Shown here: positions 62,137-64,000 of the stretch, one piece after another | How positions within the stretch are numbered: the stretch's first letter is position 1 | Layout of the letters: each line of letters begins with the position of its first letter | Assembly: GCA_002633005.1 (NCBI GenBank) | Contig: NMRA01000018.1 | Span: 580,094-644,093, forward strand | Length of the DNA stretch: 64,000 nucleotides | Direction: 5' to 3' | From: Phoronis australis | Lineage: Eukaryota; Animalia; Phoronida | The notes under the pieces: model-generated | The model's database searches: none | Seen by the model: only the letters and a program-made list of their open reading frames with translations | What the model was told of the DNA's origin: nothing | Program-made: the position numbers and the translations under genes

Positions 62137-63552
62137 AAATGAAAGTGACACACCGTATAGGCTGCATGGTGATTTTAAACCACGCACAGTCGTTTGTAGT
62201 GCGCTATGATGGGCGCTAGCCTGAACCGTGGGCGCTTAATTGGAAATTCTCAAAAGTTGAGGGGGAACGCTTAGTAGATCAGTGAGCGTTTATGAAACAC
62301 TTCAAAGGTAGGGAGTGGCCTTGTGCGTGAGCATTAGTCGTTAACCTGATCGAGTGTTTGCGATGACAAGATATTAAAAGACTGCAATGGTAAAAAACGT
62401 TATAATAATACGATGTTGCGAGGCAAACTCCATCTAGTAGGGGTGACTTTCTAGATACCGTTACCACCTACACTGTACCCTTTTATCCACCAGGAATAAT
62501 TTTGTTTTTAATTGCCCGTTTCAGCCGGAACAAGATTGTTTCTGTTGGAGTCTGAACATTTTACGGCGACAGTGGTCCGGGTAGTGAAAAGTTGCTGGTG
62601 GGGGGGGGGGGGGGGGGNGGGGTGTATGAAGAGAAGAATTAAAAGTTCGCTAACGACAATTTCGCATCTAGACCCATTTAGTTGAAATAGCTGGCTACGG
62701 GCATAGAATATAGGGTTTAGGGAACATCAACCTCGGGAAACATCGGAACAGGGAAATATCAGTTCTGGAATATTTCGGTCCCGGGGAATATCGTAAAGCA
62801 TCGGGTCTTTTATAACCACCGGGAATCTATGAGTTCATTTTCAAATAAACCACTGGCACCCGGGTGCTTAACAGAGACGAGCCGGTATACTCTTTCGTTT
62901 AGGACTGTCGCTGTTCTCTTTTGATGTGCAGCTTTGACGTGGTGCGCACGCGTGAGTTCACGCTCTTGAATCGCTGTAGTGGGCCTACATTTTATGTTGG
63001 CAACAAAGTGTGAAATACAAATCAGAAACAAGTAATGGGGCTTGAGAATTTCTTGGCAACTGAAAGTAAAGACGTGGCCGTTGATTGGCGATTAATGGGG
63101 TTGCCATTTTCACTTGGACTGTCTTACAGTGTATGTGATATAAACGAGACGCACATCAAGTCATGGTACCGCTTGCACGCTAACAACGGGACCGACCGGC
63201 AGTGCCGCGGTGCGATCAGGGATACTGTCGTGGATATTTGGTACATGTAATAAGGACATCTTACGCGAAAAATAATCGTATTTGTCCACCACGAAGTTTG
63301 GTAAGTTGATCGCTTAAGAATTCGTATAAACACCGCTGTTTTTTGACATTTTTTCACGTGTTATGCAGTGGCAGAAACTTTCTTCGGCTAATCCGGAAAA
63401 TTGCAAAATTGGCCGAAAATTTTAGCCAATGAAACCCTTCAAAGATCGATTCTTCATGTCTCATGTTTACGCGACTTGTTTACAAGTCATCGGGAGGGCT
63501 GTTCTCGGTTAGTTAGTGTTCGTTTGAACTTGGATTTGGTAACAACCAAATG
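62137..63552 (-). mobile_element. Diverged internal copy of the CAGGGCTCGAC hAT-like family
   Basis: Reverse complement similarity to 19620-21015; same orientation as 12705-13857. Confidence 0.8.
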
Positions 63553-64000
63553 AAAGCACGTTCAAATCTCTATCTAATGTGATAGTTTGGAAAAAATCCA
63601 AAAAATTTTCGAGAAAATTGAAAATTTGCCGTTTTTTTTTGAAATTCAAAGTCAAATAACTCGAAAACGGTAAGTCTGAGAAATACGCTCTCGCAGACTT
63701 TTTGAAAGGCCATACTTCAAGGAATCCACATGCAAAAATTCACGTCATTTGCTTTTCCCATAAAAAACGCGACAGCAGAGCGATTGAAACCGTGTGAACA
63801 TGCCCCACAGCCGCCATCTTGAAGGTGACTTCCGGTTCAATAATTTTTTATAAAAGCTTATTAAACTCAACGAACACTTGACCAGTTTGAAAGTGATTGG
63901 TTTGCAATTGCGCCCTCTACAGGAGAAAACGTTTTTAGCCCTATTTCGGGGTGCGCATGCGCCACGTCCAATATTTCCGCCATCTTTAACCGGAAGTCAA

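Overview
Eukaryotic genomic DNA from an invertebrate animal (probably lophotrochozoan, inferred from the repeat families). It is a draft assembly with one N gap and several single-N joins flanked by duplicated sequence. There are two head-to-head spliced genes. On the minus strand is an Acinus/ACIN1-like gene: ATG 34099, SAP domain, 10+ exons running off the left edge, a 20-nt microexon and a 20.5-kb intron. On the plus strand is a complete 5-exon BLOC1S4/cappuccino gene (34293-41900). The rest is mostly transposon-derived: Helentron/HINE-like elements, CAGGG-TIR hAT-like elements with 5- and 6-bp TSDs, a THAP-bearing TIR element in two copies, a Kolobok-like TTAA element, Harbinger relics and MITEs, a decayed CR1/L2-group LINE, a Gypsy solo LTR and integrase relic, and tRNA-derived SINEs. 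The most notable object is nested three levels deep in the big ACIN1 intron: the 3' end of an LTR retroelement (PPT plus 327-bp LTR) carrying an intact-looking, intronless TatD nuclease C-terminal ORF (18208-19538). Nearby is a 152-bp TG...CA solo LTR with a 4-bp TSD that contains a tRNA-like Pol III cassette (21753-21904). All calls were made by eye; no database searches were run.
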